The position numbers were made by a program, and so were the translations under genes. Positions 53,686-63,147 of a stretch of DNA of 64,000 nucleotides are shown one piece after another. Under the pieces are notes generated by a model. The model had not been told where the DNA came from. It saw only the letters and a program-made list of their open reading frames with translations, and searched no databases. Source of the DNA: a bacterium (GTDB taxonomy: Bacteria; Bacteroidota; Bacteroidia; Bacteroidales; FEN-979); the NCBI GenBank assembly GCA_037141055.1, contig JBAXDH010000003.1:6256-70255 (forward strand), written 5' to 3'. Every line of letters begins with the position of its first letter. Position 1 is the first letter of the stretch.

Positions 53686-56520
53686 ATGAAAAAACTTCTC
53701 CTTTGCGCCGGGGTGCTTTTGGTCATTTCCATGAACGCTTATTCGCAGTGGATCAAGGATGCCGAATTCGACCTGCACGATCCGTTTACGCTGAAGACCA
53801 TCCGGACAGTTAAGTTCAAAACCATTGAAATCCCCGGAACCCTGCCACTTTTTTCAGTGGTTGTTGACAGTGTTTTGCACAAGACCGTCAGCAGTACAAT
53901 AATGAAGGATGACACGGTATTCTTCGTTTTAGCCGACAGCATCCAGGGTTGGGCGACCCGTGACAGGAATTCGTGGCCAGGGATTAAATTCACTGTCCGA
54001 TTTAAAAACCATGGAAAAGGTATTCACAGGGTGGAAAACCTTGTTCCATTGGGTCAAAGCAGGGAGAAAGTGTACATTACTGCATCAGGTTCGAAGGAAT
54101 GGCCGGGTTACCTGTGCAGGTCAAAGTTGTATCGCCCGGGATACGGGCCGGTAGGAGTGGTGCTTCCGGATAATGCATGGCACCTGGGATTTGCCGATTT
54201 ACCTGTAAATGACACACTGTCGATTGTAGCACTGGCCCGCAGGGGTAACCGTGATAAGGATCACACCGAAATTGACCGCTGGGCGGTGACCCTGAAACCC
54301 GGGGGCTGGGCGGAATATTCCATATACCTTGATTGCCACAAAGATGACTGGCACGCCGGCATGCGCCTGATGTTTGAGCGCAGATGGTTGTATGATCTCC
54401 AGGATTTCGACAACAGCATGTTCCTGCGGAGTGATCTCGCGTGGATGAAAAACAGTTACATCATGCTGCTCCAGTTTGCCTGGGATAAAAAGTATTATGA
54501 CTATGGGAAGCAGGAATACACCTTTTACCGCAATCTCTTTGAATACGACTCGCTAACCGGCGGGTACGACATCTATACACTCTGGCCGACCTGGCCGAGG
54601 CTTGGGCTCGATCAGCGGAACCAGTGGGATATGTACCGCGACCTTCCGGGAGGAATTGCCGAACTGCGCAAACAGGTGGATTTCACACACAAGGCCGGGA
54701 AAAAATACTTCATTTCCTTCAATCCGTGGGATGAAGGAACCCGTAAGGAAGACCAGTTAAAAGGGATGGAAGACCTGTTGCGGGCTACTGATGCCGATGG
54801 TGTTGTGCTCGACACCAAAGGATCATCCAGCATTGAACTGCAGGCCGCCGCGGATAAAGTCAGGCCCGGCATCATCATGTACAGCGAAGGGATGGCAGTG
54901 CCGAAAGATATGCCGGGCGTCGTCAGCGGCAGGGTGCATGATGCCCTGGTGATGCCGCCACCACTGAACCTGAACAAACTGATCAAACCCGATTTCGCCA
55001 TCTTCAGGGTTTTGCAACTCGCGGATGACCGGCTTCACCGGGAACTGGCCATTTCATTTTTCAACGGCTACGGGGTGGAAATTAATACCATGCGTCCGGG
55101 CAGGCCTGAATGGATCAGGGAGGAATTCACCTATTTAGGCCGCACCACGCGCATTCTGCGCGAAAATAAGGAGGCCTTCACCAATGGATCGTTTGAACCC
55201 CTGCTGCCAACACTCATTGATTCTGTGTATGTAAACCGTTGGGATGCCATGGCTAAAAGGATCTTTACGATCTACAGCGTCAATCCCAAAGGGTGTAACG
55301 GAAAACTTTTTGAACTGACCGATCCTTCCGGGAATCAGCCCGCTGCAAAAATTGTTGGAAACTACCATTATGTTGACCTTTGGAATCACGAGGAAATAAA
55401 GCCGGTTATCGAAAATGACAGGGTATTTATTCCTGTGAAGATCGATGCGTTTGATGCTGCCTGGCTGAATACCCGCCGGGAGGGCAATGTGGGTTGCATT
55501 GCAGTGTTTACCAACGACCTGTACGTTGACCAAAAGGGAAGCATCCTGACGTTCAGAGGCAATGACCTCTCTTCTGATAAAATTGTACTGACCGGTGAAA
55601 ACCCCTCATACCATTCAAAGCAGTTTGTTTACCCCGCCACAACATCATCGGTTGATTACAGGACGCTGTTCACTGGTCCCATTAAAAAAATTGTGATCCG
55701 GTTATTTACCGGACCGGACCTGGTTGACGAAAGGGTGGTCACCCCAGGGGTACCTTTTCCCGTTCCTGTTTTAGTCGGGAAAATGGAACAAACATCAAAA
55801 TGCAGCAATGCTCCGGATGGCATGGTCGACATTCCCGCCGGCAAATTCCGCTTTTATACGAAACGTGATCCGAACACGCTGGAACCCTTTATTGCATTCC
55901 CTGATTTCAGCGATACCGTAACCATTGCGATGCCGCACTATTGCATGGATAAATATCCTGTCACCAACAAACAGTTTCAACTATTTATCAGGCAATCATC
56001 TTACAGTCCGGCAGATACGACAAATTATCTAAAGCATTGGATTCACGGTGCGCCTCAGAAAGGAATGGAGGATATGCCTGTTGTTTATGTCAGCCCGGCT
56101 GATGCAAAAGCCTATGCAAAGTGGGCGGAAAAGAGACTGCCAACAGAACAGGAATGGCAATATGCAGCCCAGGGAAATCACATGTTTAAATACCCGTGGG
56201 GAAACATCATGGATTCATTGAAATGCAATTACAACCTCAATTTCACCACCCCGGTGAATAAATTCCCGGAAGGTGCAAGTCCCTTCGGAGTGATGGATAT
56301 GGTGGGTAACGTGTGGCAGATGACTTCGGATGTCTATGACAACGGGAGTTACTATTTCAACATCATCCGCGGGGGAAGTTTTTATCATCCGACTCAAAGC
56401 ATCTGGTATGTCACCGGCGGCCCGTTACCTGCAGATCATCCCGAGATGTTGTTGCTGATAGGCCCTGGACTAGATCGCAATGCAACAGTAGGCATCCGTT
56501 GTGTAAAAGACGGAGAGTGA
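53686..56520 (+). CDS. Secreted 944-aa protein: uncharacterised N-terminal region (possibly a TIM-barrel glycosidase-like module) fused to a C-terminal FGE/SUMF1-type domain
   Basis: Signal peptide MKKLLLCAGVLLVISMNAYSQ. The C-terminal roughly 240 aa carry MVDIPAGKFRF, MDKYPVTNKQFQLFI, PVVYVSPADAKAYAKWAEKRLPTEQEWQYAAQG, YPWGN, GVMDMVGNVWQMTSD, IIRGGSF and the ending GIRCVKD, which matches the formylglycine-generating-enzyme (DUF323) fold family. The N-terminal roughly 700 aa include FISFNPWDEG and DADGVVLDTKG, which I cannot assign. Confidence 0.8.
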   Translation: MKKLLLCAGVLLVISMNAYSQWIKDAEFDLHDPFTLKTIRTVKFKTIEIPGTLPLFSVVVDSVLHKTVSSTIMKDDTVFFVLADSIQGWATRDRNSWPGIKFTVRFKNHGKGIHRVENLVPLGQSREKVYITASGSKEWPGYLCRSKLYRPGYGPVGVVLPDNAWHLGFADLPVNDTLSIVALARRGNRDKDHTEIDRWAVTLKPGGWAEYSIYLDCHKDDWHAGMRLMFERRWLYDLQDFDNSMFLRSDLAWMKNSYIMLLQFAWDKKYYDYGKQEYTFYRNLFEYDSLTGGYDIYTLWPTWPRLGLDQRNQWDMYRDLPGGIAELRKQVDFTHKAGKKYFISFNPWDEGTRKEDQLKGMEDLLRATDADGVVLDTKGSSSIELQAAADKVRPGIIMYSEGMAVPKDMPGVVSGRVHDALVMPPPLNLNKLIKPDFAIFRVLQLADDRLHRELAISFFNGYGVEINTMRPGRPEWIREEFTYLGRTTRILRENKEAFTNGSFEPLLPTLIDSVYVNRWDAMAKRIFTIYSVNPKGCNGKLFELTDPSGNQPAAKIVGNYHYVDLWNHEEIKPVIENDRVFIPVKIDAFDAAWLNTRREGNVGCIAVFTNDLYVDQKGSILTFRGNDLSSDKIVLTGENPSYHSKQFVYPATTSSVDYRTLFTGPIKKIVIRLFTGPDLVDERVVTPGVPFPVPVLVGKMEQTSKCSNAPDGMVDIPAGKFRFYTKRDPNTLEPFIAFPDFSDTVTIAMPHYCMDKYPVTNKQFQLFIRQSSYSPADTTNYLKHWIHGAPQKGMEDMPVVYVSPADAKAYAKWAEKRLPTEQEWQYAAQGNHMFKYPWGNIMDSLKCNYNLNFTTPVNKFPEGASPFGVMDMVGNVWQMTSDVYDNGSYYFNIIRGGSFYHPTQSIWYVTGGPLPADHPEMLLLIGPGLDRNATVGIRCVKDGE

Positions 56521-56527
56521 AAACCCT

Positions 56528-57190
56528 TTATTTTTTAACTTTCTTTTTTAGCGGCGTAATTTTAAACAGAAGGCCAAAACCTGTGCTTATGTTATTCCAG
56601 ATATATTCAGTTGCCCAGGAACTGTTCAAATGACCTTCTGTAGTTAGGTTATAGCCTGCCTGTGAAATGACATAATCCAGGGTGTAATAAAATCCAAACC
56701 GTTCGTTGTCATCAAAAAAAATATTGTATCCAAGTCCGATCACGTTGTTTATATACATATCCGATTCCTTCCATTGAACCGGCGGGATGTTTCCTCCATA
56801 ATATTTATCATAAGAGCCCGAAAATCTTAAATACTGGAAAGAGTAATGAATGAACATATTTTCCCTGCCATAAATATCAAATATATAGAATTTGTAACCG
56901 GCTGTCGCGCCTAACCGGGGATTTATTTTATCCTCGCTGAAGCATAGCGCCTGGGTCTTCACAGGGTAAAGAATACCTGCAGAAAATTCATGTTTGCCTG
57001 TTCGTATGTATGGAGCGACATAAAACACGCTGATATTCTCCTTCAGGTAGTTCTGGTTTGCCGGGAAGTTGGTAAAGGCGCCGGCAGAGATTCCGAACTC
57101 TGATTCGATACTGTTTGACTGGGGAAAAAGTTCCGGCGAAAATACCAGAATCAGCAGAATAGTTAAAAAAGCTGCAATAAACCTTTTCAT
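56528..57190 (-). CDS. Small outer-membrane beta-barrel protein (hypothetical)
   Basis: Signal peptide MKRFIAAFLTILLILVFS, a Tyr/Gly/Phe-rich alternating pattern and a C-terminal aromatic strand (GFGLLFKITPL). The gene is visibly more AT-rich than its neighbours. ATG 57190 preferred over the ORF-track GTG at 57208. Confidence 0.6.
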   Translation of the reverse strand: MKRFIAAFLTILLILVFSPELFPQSNSIESEFGISAGAFTNFPANQNYLKENISVFYVAPYIRTGKHEFSAGILYPVKTQALCFSEDKINPRLGATAGYKFYIFDIYGRENMFIHYSFQYLRFSGSYDKYYGGNIPPVQWKESDMYINNVIGLGYNIFFDDNERFGFYYTLDYVISQAGYNLTTEGHLNSSWATEYIWNNISTGFGLLFKITPLKKKVKK

Positions 57191-57221
57191 CGCAATGATT
57201 TTTAGCACTGGTGCAATTAAA

Positions 57222-58271
57222 TTAACGCTTCAGAAGCCAGGCATCTTTATAAACGGTCTTCTTCACCTCTCTCAACTTTGCCGTTGCCGCTGCTTTATCA
57301 GGCGATTGAAATACTGAAACCCTGATTTTATCATCACGGGAGAGTACATTCGCATCGGGATAATCTCCGGCTTTCAGCGTTTCTGCGAGTTTATTGGCTG
57401 CCTCCAAAGGAATGCCGGTCTTGACAATGATGTAATAAACAGCAATTGTCGAATCTGCGGGGGTTGCCGGAGTTGCGGGTTTGATTTTTTCTGGTGGCAC
57501 AGCTTTCACAGGCAGAGAATCGGCCTTTTTTACCTGTACACTGTCAACTTTGTTAACGATGGTTTTAGCAGGTTTCTGTTTCTTAGGCTTTACCGGAGGG
57601 GGCAGGACAGGCTTTACAACAGGTATGACGGTATCCTTAACTATTTCCGGCGGTTTGGCACCGCATACATATGGGTCACCTTCAGGATCGTTCGTCTCTC
57701 CGAACCAGGCACAGGCATAGTTTTTATAAACGGCTATTCCGATGGCATTCCATGTTTTTCCCTGCCATTTCCCGGCATTCAGCAGGAAATTGTTAAAATA
57801 CTCTTCGGTCTGCCAAACCATGAAGATCGTATCTGTAACCAGCGGGTTGTTCTCCCAGTAAACGATTTCATAAGCCTTCGAAGGGTATTTCGTCAGTTCG
57901 CGGGGCTTATCCCATACAGAACTCTTTTTATTTTCATCTTTCGGATAGCAGAACGGAGTCCAGGAACCTTTGTTCGACCACGAATGAAAATTACAAGCTC
58001 CCTGGTCAGGATGATGGAGAAAAAGATCCTTCACGTGCAGGGCTGCTACATGTGACAGAGATTTTGACAACGGAACAGGAGCGAGGTTATTTTGCCTGCG
58101 GTATTCGTTGATCATGTTGTACAACTTCATTTCACCGGCATTGATGCAAAAGTTTGCAGGAACGGCAGGGCCCTGCTTCACAATCGCCTGACCATGTGCA
58201 ATGTTGCATCCCAGGGAAAGAAGGAGTAACATGGAAAAAGTTAACAGGAAGCCTCTGGATTTCATCCGCAT
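57222..58271 (-). CDS. Secreted CAP (SCP/PR-1/YkwD-like) domain protein with Pro/Lys-rich linker and C-terminal SPOR-like domain
   Basis: Signal peptide. The CAP-type segment is MINEYRRQNNLAPVPLSKSLSHVAALHVKDL. The linker is PVVKPVLPPPVKPKKQKPAKT. The C-terminus YYIIVKTGIPLEAANKLAETLKAGDYPDANVL...KIRVSVFQSPDKAAATAKL resembles a SPOR peptidoglycan-binding domain. Its ATG overlaps the GH172 stop (TAATG). Confidence 0.7.
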   Translation of the reverse strand: MRMKSRGFLLTFSMLLLLSLGCNIAHGQAIVKQGPAVPANFCINAGEMKLYNMINEYRRQNNLAPVPLSKSLSHVAALHVKDLFLHHPDQGACNFHSWSNKGSWTPFCYPKDENKKSSVWDKPRELTKYPSKAYEIVYWENNPLVTDTIFMVWQTEEYFNNFLLNAGKWQGKTWNAIGIAVYKNYACAWFGETNDPEGDPYVCGAKPPEIVKDTVIPVVKPVLPPPVKPKKQKPAKTIVNKVDSVQVKKADSLPVKAVPPEKIKPATPATPADSTIAVYYIIVKTGIPLEAANKLAETLKAGDYPDANVLSRDDKIRVSVFQSPDKAAATAKLREVKKTVYKDAWLLKR

Positions 58272-60268
58272 TATTTCTTGTTTTCTGCTGGTAATTTCTG
58301 ATTGGCACTTACCTCCAGTTTATTGCCGGTATTAAGAAACCTTGCATAAAAAGAGTAGGCACCCAAATTATTTTCAATTTTCAAAAGAAGTTTATTCCAC
58401 CCCGGTTTCATCTTCAGTTCAATTTCAGCCTGGTCTGGCTCGGCTATGCGCTCTCCCAGGTATCGGTATAACTCCTGTCCGTTGAAGAATACCTTGCAGC
58501 CGTCGTCGGAACCGATAAATAGCATGGTTTTGCGTGTATCCGGCGAATAAATGTACGTAACGGCATAAGTTACAACCAATTCATGCGGATTGACCTTGTC
58601 GCTGAACGACATGCAGCCATTCTCAGGGGTTTGTACGTAACTCCAGCGAATTGGTTTCCCTCCGGACCCGATGTATTCTTTCTGAAGATCGACCAGCTTT
58701 TCCGGGAGATAAGCCGAATCGAGGCCGCGCCGCATCGAACCAATCTTGCGGGGATTCGGAAAAGGGCCAAGGATATTCCATTCAGGGATATAAACCCTCC
58801 TGGGTTCCATGCTGATGCCGTCGATACCGACAGAATAACCTTTGGATAATGCATCTTTCCCGGTGATACCAAACCTGATATCAATCGATTGGCCCTGGTT
58901 TTTCAGATCTTTCAGGGTCACTATCCCGCTTGGCAGGACGTGTGGTGAATACCCGACTATTTTCCCTGCCTTGATGCCGTTTACGAAAATATCTGCATTG
59001 CCCAGGTCCGGTCCTGTCGAATAATAAAGGTTCATGTCATAAACAGACTCCTTTAATCCGTTAAGGTCCAGTCCAAAAGATGATTTATCATGTGCTTCAA
59101 CAAGAACCTGGTTATTTTCTCCCCACTCCGGACCATCGTCGGACATATCCATAACCCTCGATTTAAGCCCTTCAAGTTTGAATTTCAATTTCTCAGCTTC
59201 AAACATGCGGGCCGGTTTGACAATGCGTAGCGGGATGCGCTGACCGGCAATCGGGAACCGGGGAAAAGGTTTATGAGGCTCCATCTGGTACCAGAAAGCA
59301 GTTGAACTGTAGTCGGCAATATCCTGGTTCCCGTGGCCGTGTTCGATCGTTACCTTGATGTTTTTCTTAAACGGAATCGGATCCAGGATAAAAAAACGGT
59401 ACGCTGAAATCTGGCCAAGTGTATCATTTTTATAAATCAGTCCGCTGTAAGGGCCGGCAAATTCACCTTTGCTAAAGTACCATGCTGCTGAAAAGAAGTC
59501 CTCGGTTCCTGTTCCGTGGATTGACGGCTTTTTCTCACCGTCCACATAGATCATTTCATCCCCTTCCAGGAATTTCAGTCCACCGTCGTACGACTGCAGA
59601 TTAAGGTTTACGCCGGCCAGGTGACCTTTGCCCTCCGCTTTAAGGATGACAAAATTCGAATCGTAATTGGTCCTGATGCTTCTGTTCCATTGTGCATGAA
59701 AATATGCAACGTCAGATTCAAGCGCACCTTCGAACTTTTGATAATCAACCTGGTAGAAAAATCCATAAACCTCCTGCCTGGTTTCATTTGCGATTTCAAT
59801 TCGCGCCCTGCCTTCAAACGGCATCGGGAAATAGCAAACATAGCCGCCGCTTGTCATGCCGATATATTGAGAAACGTACTGCCTGTATTTGAACCCGCAT
59901 CCGAAGAAATCGCCAAACGGAACCTCCACAGACGGCTTTGTTTCATCATCCCAGTATATTCTGACAACCATCCTGCGGAGAAAATACGGATCGCGCGAGT
60001 CGATGGCAAACCACATCCGGACAATCATCCCGGGTCCTTCAGCATCGAAAATGGTCACTGTTTTGCCGGGAGCGATGCTGATCCGATCGTTATTTCCCCC
60101 GGATGTATCGTAACTTGAAACCTGGATCAGTTTGCAGTTTTTAAGGTAGGGCAGGGCCGCCGGCGACAATAAATGCTGTATATCCGTACGGTAGCCGGTG
60201 TTGCAGGATGACAGGCCGAACAACGCCAGCAATCCTGGCAGCACAGCCTGTAAAAAAAACTTTCTCAT
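58271..60268 (-). CDS. DUF2961 / GH172-family glycoside hydrolase lipoprotein with C-terminal beta-sandwich extension
   Basis: Lipoprotein signal LLALFGLSSC. SSYDTSGGNNDRISIAPGKTVTIFDAEGPGMIVRMWF is the characteristic DUF2961 N-terminal signature. The C-terminal roughly 160 aa, with FIGSDDGCKVFFNGQELY, resemble a PA14/galactose-binding-like module. Start set at ATG 60268. Confidence 0.8.
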   Translation of the reverse strand: MRKFFLQAVLPGLLALFGLSSCNTGYRTDIQHLLSPAALPYLKNCKLIQVSSYDTSGGNNDRISIAPGKTVTIFDAEGPGMIVRMWFAIDSRDPYFLRRMVVRIYWDDETKPSVEVPFGDFFGCGFKYRQYVSQYIGMTSGGYVCYFPMPFEGRARIEIANETRQEVYGFFYQVDYQKFEGALESDVAYFHAQWNRSIRTNYDSNFVILKAEGKGHLAGVNLNLQSYDGGLKFLEGDEMIYVDGEKKPSIHGTGTEDFFSAAWYFSKGEFAGPYSGLIYKNDTLGQISAYRFFILDPIPFKKNIKVTIEHGHGNQDIADYSSTAFWYQMEPHKPFPRFPIAGQRIPLRIVKPARMFEAEKLKFKLEGLKSRVMDMSDDGPEWGENNQVLVEAHDKSSFGLDLNGLKESVYDMNLYYSTGPDLGNADIFVNGIKAGKIVGYSPHVLPSGIVTLKDLKNQGQSIDIRFGITGKDALSKGYSVGIDGISMEPRRVYIPEWNILGPFPNPRKIGSMRRGLDSAYLPEKLVDLQKEYIGSGGKPIRWSYVQTPENGCMSFSDKVNPHELVVTYAVTYIYSPDTRKTMLFIGSDDGCKVFFNGQELYRYLGERIAEPDQAEIELKMKPGWNKLLLKIENNLGAYSFYARFLNTGNKLEVSANQKLPAENKK

Positions 60269-60296
60269 AAATGATCTTTCAACGCACAAAGGTAGT

Positions 60297-62441
60297 CTAT
60301 TTCTGATTTTCATCAATCAGCAATTTCGCGATGATCGCATCCCAGATATAGTTTGGCGGACAGTTCAGCGTTTCATTATCCGGGCTGTAGGACTCCCAGT
60401 AGTTGTGGTTCTTTGACAGCTGGACCGTCACCGCACTGACCATTTTTCCGGCCAGCTGGCGGGCAAGGTCATTGTACCCGTATTGCCGCAATCCATCGTA
60501 AACCATGTAATCCCACAGCATCCACACCGGGCCGTTCCACTTGCAGCAGTAGTCGACATACGGACTGTACCACTGATCCTGCGCCGAAAGTGTTGGCACA
60601 CCATATTTTCGCCAGAACTTCGTAGTATCGGTGAGTGTCTGGATCAACCGGGCAGCCCGGTCTTTAGGAGCTGCTTCAGCCCACAATGCCAGGAACCCGA
60701 TGATTTCCTGCCTTCTCAGGTCACGCGTCATGAACCGGAAGGAGTGGTCCTTCTTGTTGACCGAGTAATAAAACCCCGTTGAATCATCCCACATCCTTGT
60801 GTTAACCAGCTTTGAAGTAGTGTCTGCAAGTGACCGCCATTTTTTTTCATCGCCGGTTTTTCCAAGGATACCCGCCATCCTTGCGAGGCTTCGTTCTTCC
60901 TTGATCACCATCAGTGTCAGATCAAGACACTCCAGCTCGTCCGAAATGTCCTCTTTATCCACATCCAGGTATCTTTCGGCCGAAACCTGGAAAACGGCGT
61001 TGTACCAGTCACGAACATTCTCGATGATGCCGTATGGCCCCCATTCAAAGGTCCCGTCATGATCGGTGTCGCGGTTATTGATGAGCCATTCAACATACTT
61101 TGAACCTGATACATACGCATCGGAGAGGAATTGCCGGTCTTTACCGGCTTTGTAAACTTCAAGGTTTATCCAGCTGTAAAACGGGGCGGAGGTGGTCGAC
61201 ATGTTATTATGAGGGTAATCCTGGAGCCCGCGCGGCCCGTGGCGGTATGCGATCAGACCGTCTTCCCGCTGCTGCTCCATGTACACGCGCTGTGATCCTT
61301 CAGCCGATTTCGGATCCATATACGAATATGCCATCATGCTGAGCGATTCATGCAGCACCTGGTGGCCGTGACCCCATCCCCACAGCGGGTTACGGGAAAA
61401 AACATAGAAGTTATACTTCGTCTTTCCTGCCGGGGGATACATGCATCCGCGGGCGAGGTTGAAGGCACTGAGATATGCGAGTTTTTCCGGCTGGCTTTTA
61501 AAAGCAATTTTCGGAACTTTTGCATAAAGGATCAGGTTGTCTTCGTAATAGGAGCGAAGCATGAAATTTTTTACAGAATCAACCGTCCTGATCAGTTTTG
61601 CAGGATCTTCCTTTTGATCCTGGAATCCGCGGAGGTAGCGAAAACTTACCGACTCACCTGGCTTCAGCCTTTTCTTGAGATGAAGTGCTATATAATCAAC
61701 GTAACCAGCTTGTTTCATATTCAGTGAATCCGTCCGTTTGTCTGAATAGAAATCAGTTTTGATGGCATTGTAAAAGTCAGACATATCACCGGAATAACCT
61801 CCATGGGATGCAGTTTGGCGGTTCGTGGTAAAAAAATCCCTGACCCTTGCCGGGTACCCGTATTCCGTCTTAAGGCTGCTGATCAGGCGATAGGAACTTT
61901 CGTACCGGTGCGTCACATACCCGTCCGATTCCTTGTCATACCTGACCATCTCAAGCGAATCGTTGCCCGTTTCCAGGATCGGGTAAACCGCCACTTCATG
62001 GGGAATTTTGTCGGTGTTTCTCACCTCCATATCCACCATGGCGATAGATGAACTGTAAACGAAGAAGGTCTCTTTAACCCGTATTCCGCGAAAAGGCTCG
62101 TATTCCAGGATGGCCATGTCAGGGAATGAAAACTTCACAACCGGCTTTGCAAGATATTCGCCGATGTTCGGGATCACAACCTCATCGACCTTCCATACAC
62201 AGAACATGGTGCCGGCATGATCGGACGAATAGCTTACTGGCCGGCAATCGGAATAATAATCCATCTTGTAAGCCTTGTCCCCATATAGCTGCGAACGAGC
62301 CATGGATGCGGCATAGGTGGTGTACAGCGGATCATTCGCCCGGGCGCTGATGCGCACATAGTCCTCAATGGGTTTAAATTGCTGGGCTGCCAGGGCAAAT
62401 CCGTAAAGGCAACCCCAAAGAAGAAATGTTGTTTTTTTCAT
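60297..62441 (-). CDS. (alpha/alpha)6-barrel glycoside hydrolase, GH63/MGH1-like (family assignment tentative)
   Basis: About 714 aa with a signal peptide. The C-terminal half has NNRDTDHDGTFEWG, WDDSTGFYYS, FWRKYGVPTLS, WNGPVWMLWDYMVYDGLRQYGY and NYWESYSPD, a pattern typical of trehalase/GH63/mannosylglycerate-hydrolase-type barrels. It is a paralog of the gene at 63148-64000. Confidence 0.72.
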   Translation of the reverse strand: MKKTTFLLWGCLYGFALAAQQFKPIEDYVRISARANDPLYTTYAASMARSQLYGDKAYKMDYYSDCRPVSYSSDHAGTMFCVWKVDEVVIPNIGEYLAKPVVKFSFPDMAILEYEPFRGIRVKETFFVYSSSIAMVDMEVRNTDKIPHEVAVYPILETGNDSLEMVRYDKESDGYVTHRYESSYRLISSLKTEYGYPARVRDFFTTNRQTASHGGYSGDMSDFYNAIKTDFYSDKRTDSLNMKQAGYVDYIALHLKKRLKPGESVSFRYLRGFQDQKEDPAKLIRTVDSVKNFMLRSYYEDNLILYAKVPKIAFKSQPEKLAYLSAFNLARGCMYPPAGKTKYNFYVFSRNPLWGWGHGHQVLHESLSMMAYSYMDPKSAEGSQRVYMEQQREDGLIAYRHGPRGLQDYPHNNMSTTSAPFYSWINLEVYKAGKDRQFLSDAYVSGSKYVEWLINNRDTDHDGTFEWGPYGIIENVRDWYNAVFQVSAERYLDVDKEDISDELECLDLTLMVIKEERSLARMAGILGKTGDEKKWRSLADTTSKLVNTRMWDDSTGFYYSVNKKDHSFRFMTRDLRRQEIIGFLALWAEAAPKDRAARLIQTLTDTTKFWRKYGVPTLSAQDQWYSPYVDYCCKWNGPVWMLWDYMVYDGLRQYGYNDLARQLAGKMVSAVTVQLSKNHNYWESYSPDNETLNCPPNYIWDAIIAKLLIDENQK

Positions 62442-62466
62442 AAAAAGGTTTCTGAAAATAAACATG

Positions 62467-63123
62467 CTAAATCTCATCTGATCTGATGAACTTCACTCCA
62501 CCTGCAGAGGAACGCACGACCCTGATCATGCATTGTGCCACTGCGGATGCCCCAACGCCCCTGTATTTTTTCAAACCGCCGATCAACAGCGGGTTTAATA
62601 CTTTCATTGCAGCGATGGCGGTCTTCTCGCCAGTACGGAATTCTTTGCGTTCACCAAGCAAAAAGGAGGGCCTGACGATATAAATTCCCTGGAATGAGAT
62701 CTTTTCAATGTCTCGTTCCATTTCGCCTTTTGTCCGGAGATAGAAGTTTGAGGATTTTGCATCAGCCCCGATGGAGGAAACGACCGCAAATCCCGTGACT
62801 CCCGCTTCGTGACAGGCCCTTGCGAATGCAACAACATAGTCATGGTCGATGATGTATTGTTTCTCCTTGCTGCCGGCGGTTTTGATGGTTGTACCGAGAC
62901 AGCAGTATCCGTGATCGGCCTTCACTCCTTCAAAAACTCCCGGCAACTGTACGAAATCAATAACTTTCTGTTCCAGTTTCTCGTGAGTTATATCGAGTGG
63001 TCTCCTCACCACCGCGATGATTTTATGATAACCGGGATCAGATAGCAATTGCTGCAGCAATTGCGTACCCACCAGGCCGGTGGCGCCGGAAATAATTGCA
63101 GTAAGCATAACAGGATTTTCCAT
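62467..63123 (-). CDS. NAD(P)H-binding atypical SDR (HTATIP2/semialdehyde-dehydrogenase-like)
   Basis: 218-aa ORF with the Rossmann motif ISGATGLVG and an overall pattern of the NAD(P)-binding_10 type family. Confidence 0.78.
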   Translation of the reverse strand: MENPVMLTAIISGATGLVGTQLLQQLLSDPGYHKIIAVVRRPLDITHEKLEQKVIDFVQLPGVFEGVKADHGYCCLGTTIKTAGSKEKQYIIDHDYVVAFARACHEAGVTGFAVVSSIGADAKSSNFYLRTKGEMERDIEKISFQGIYIVRPSFLLGERKEFRTGEKTAIAAMKVLNPLLIGGLKKYRGVGASAVAQCMIRVVRSSAGGVKFIRSDEI

Positions 63124-63147
63124 GGTACAATTATAATATGTTAATTA

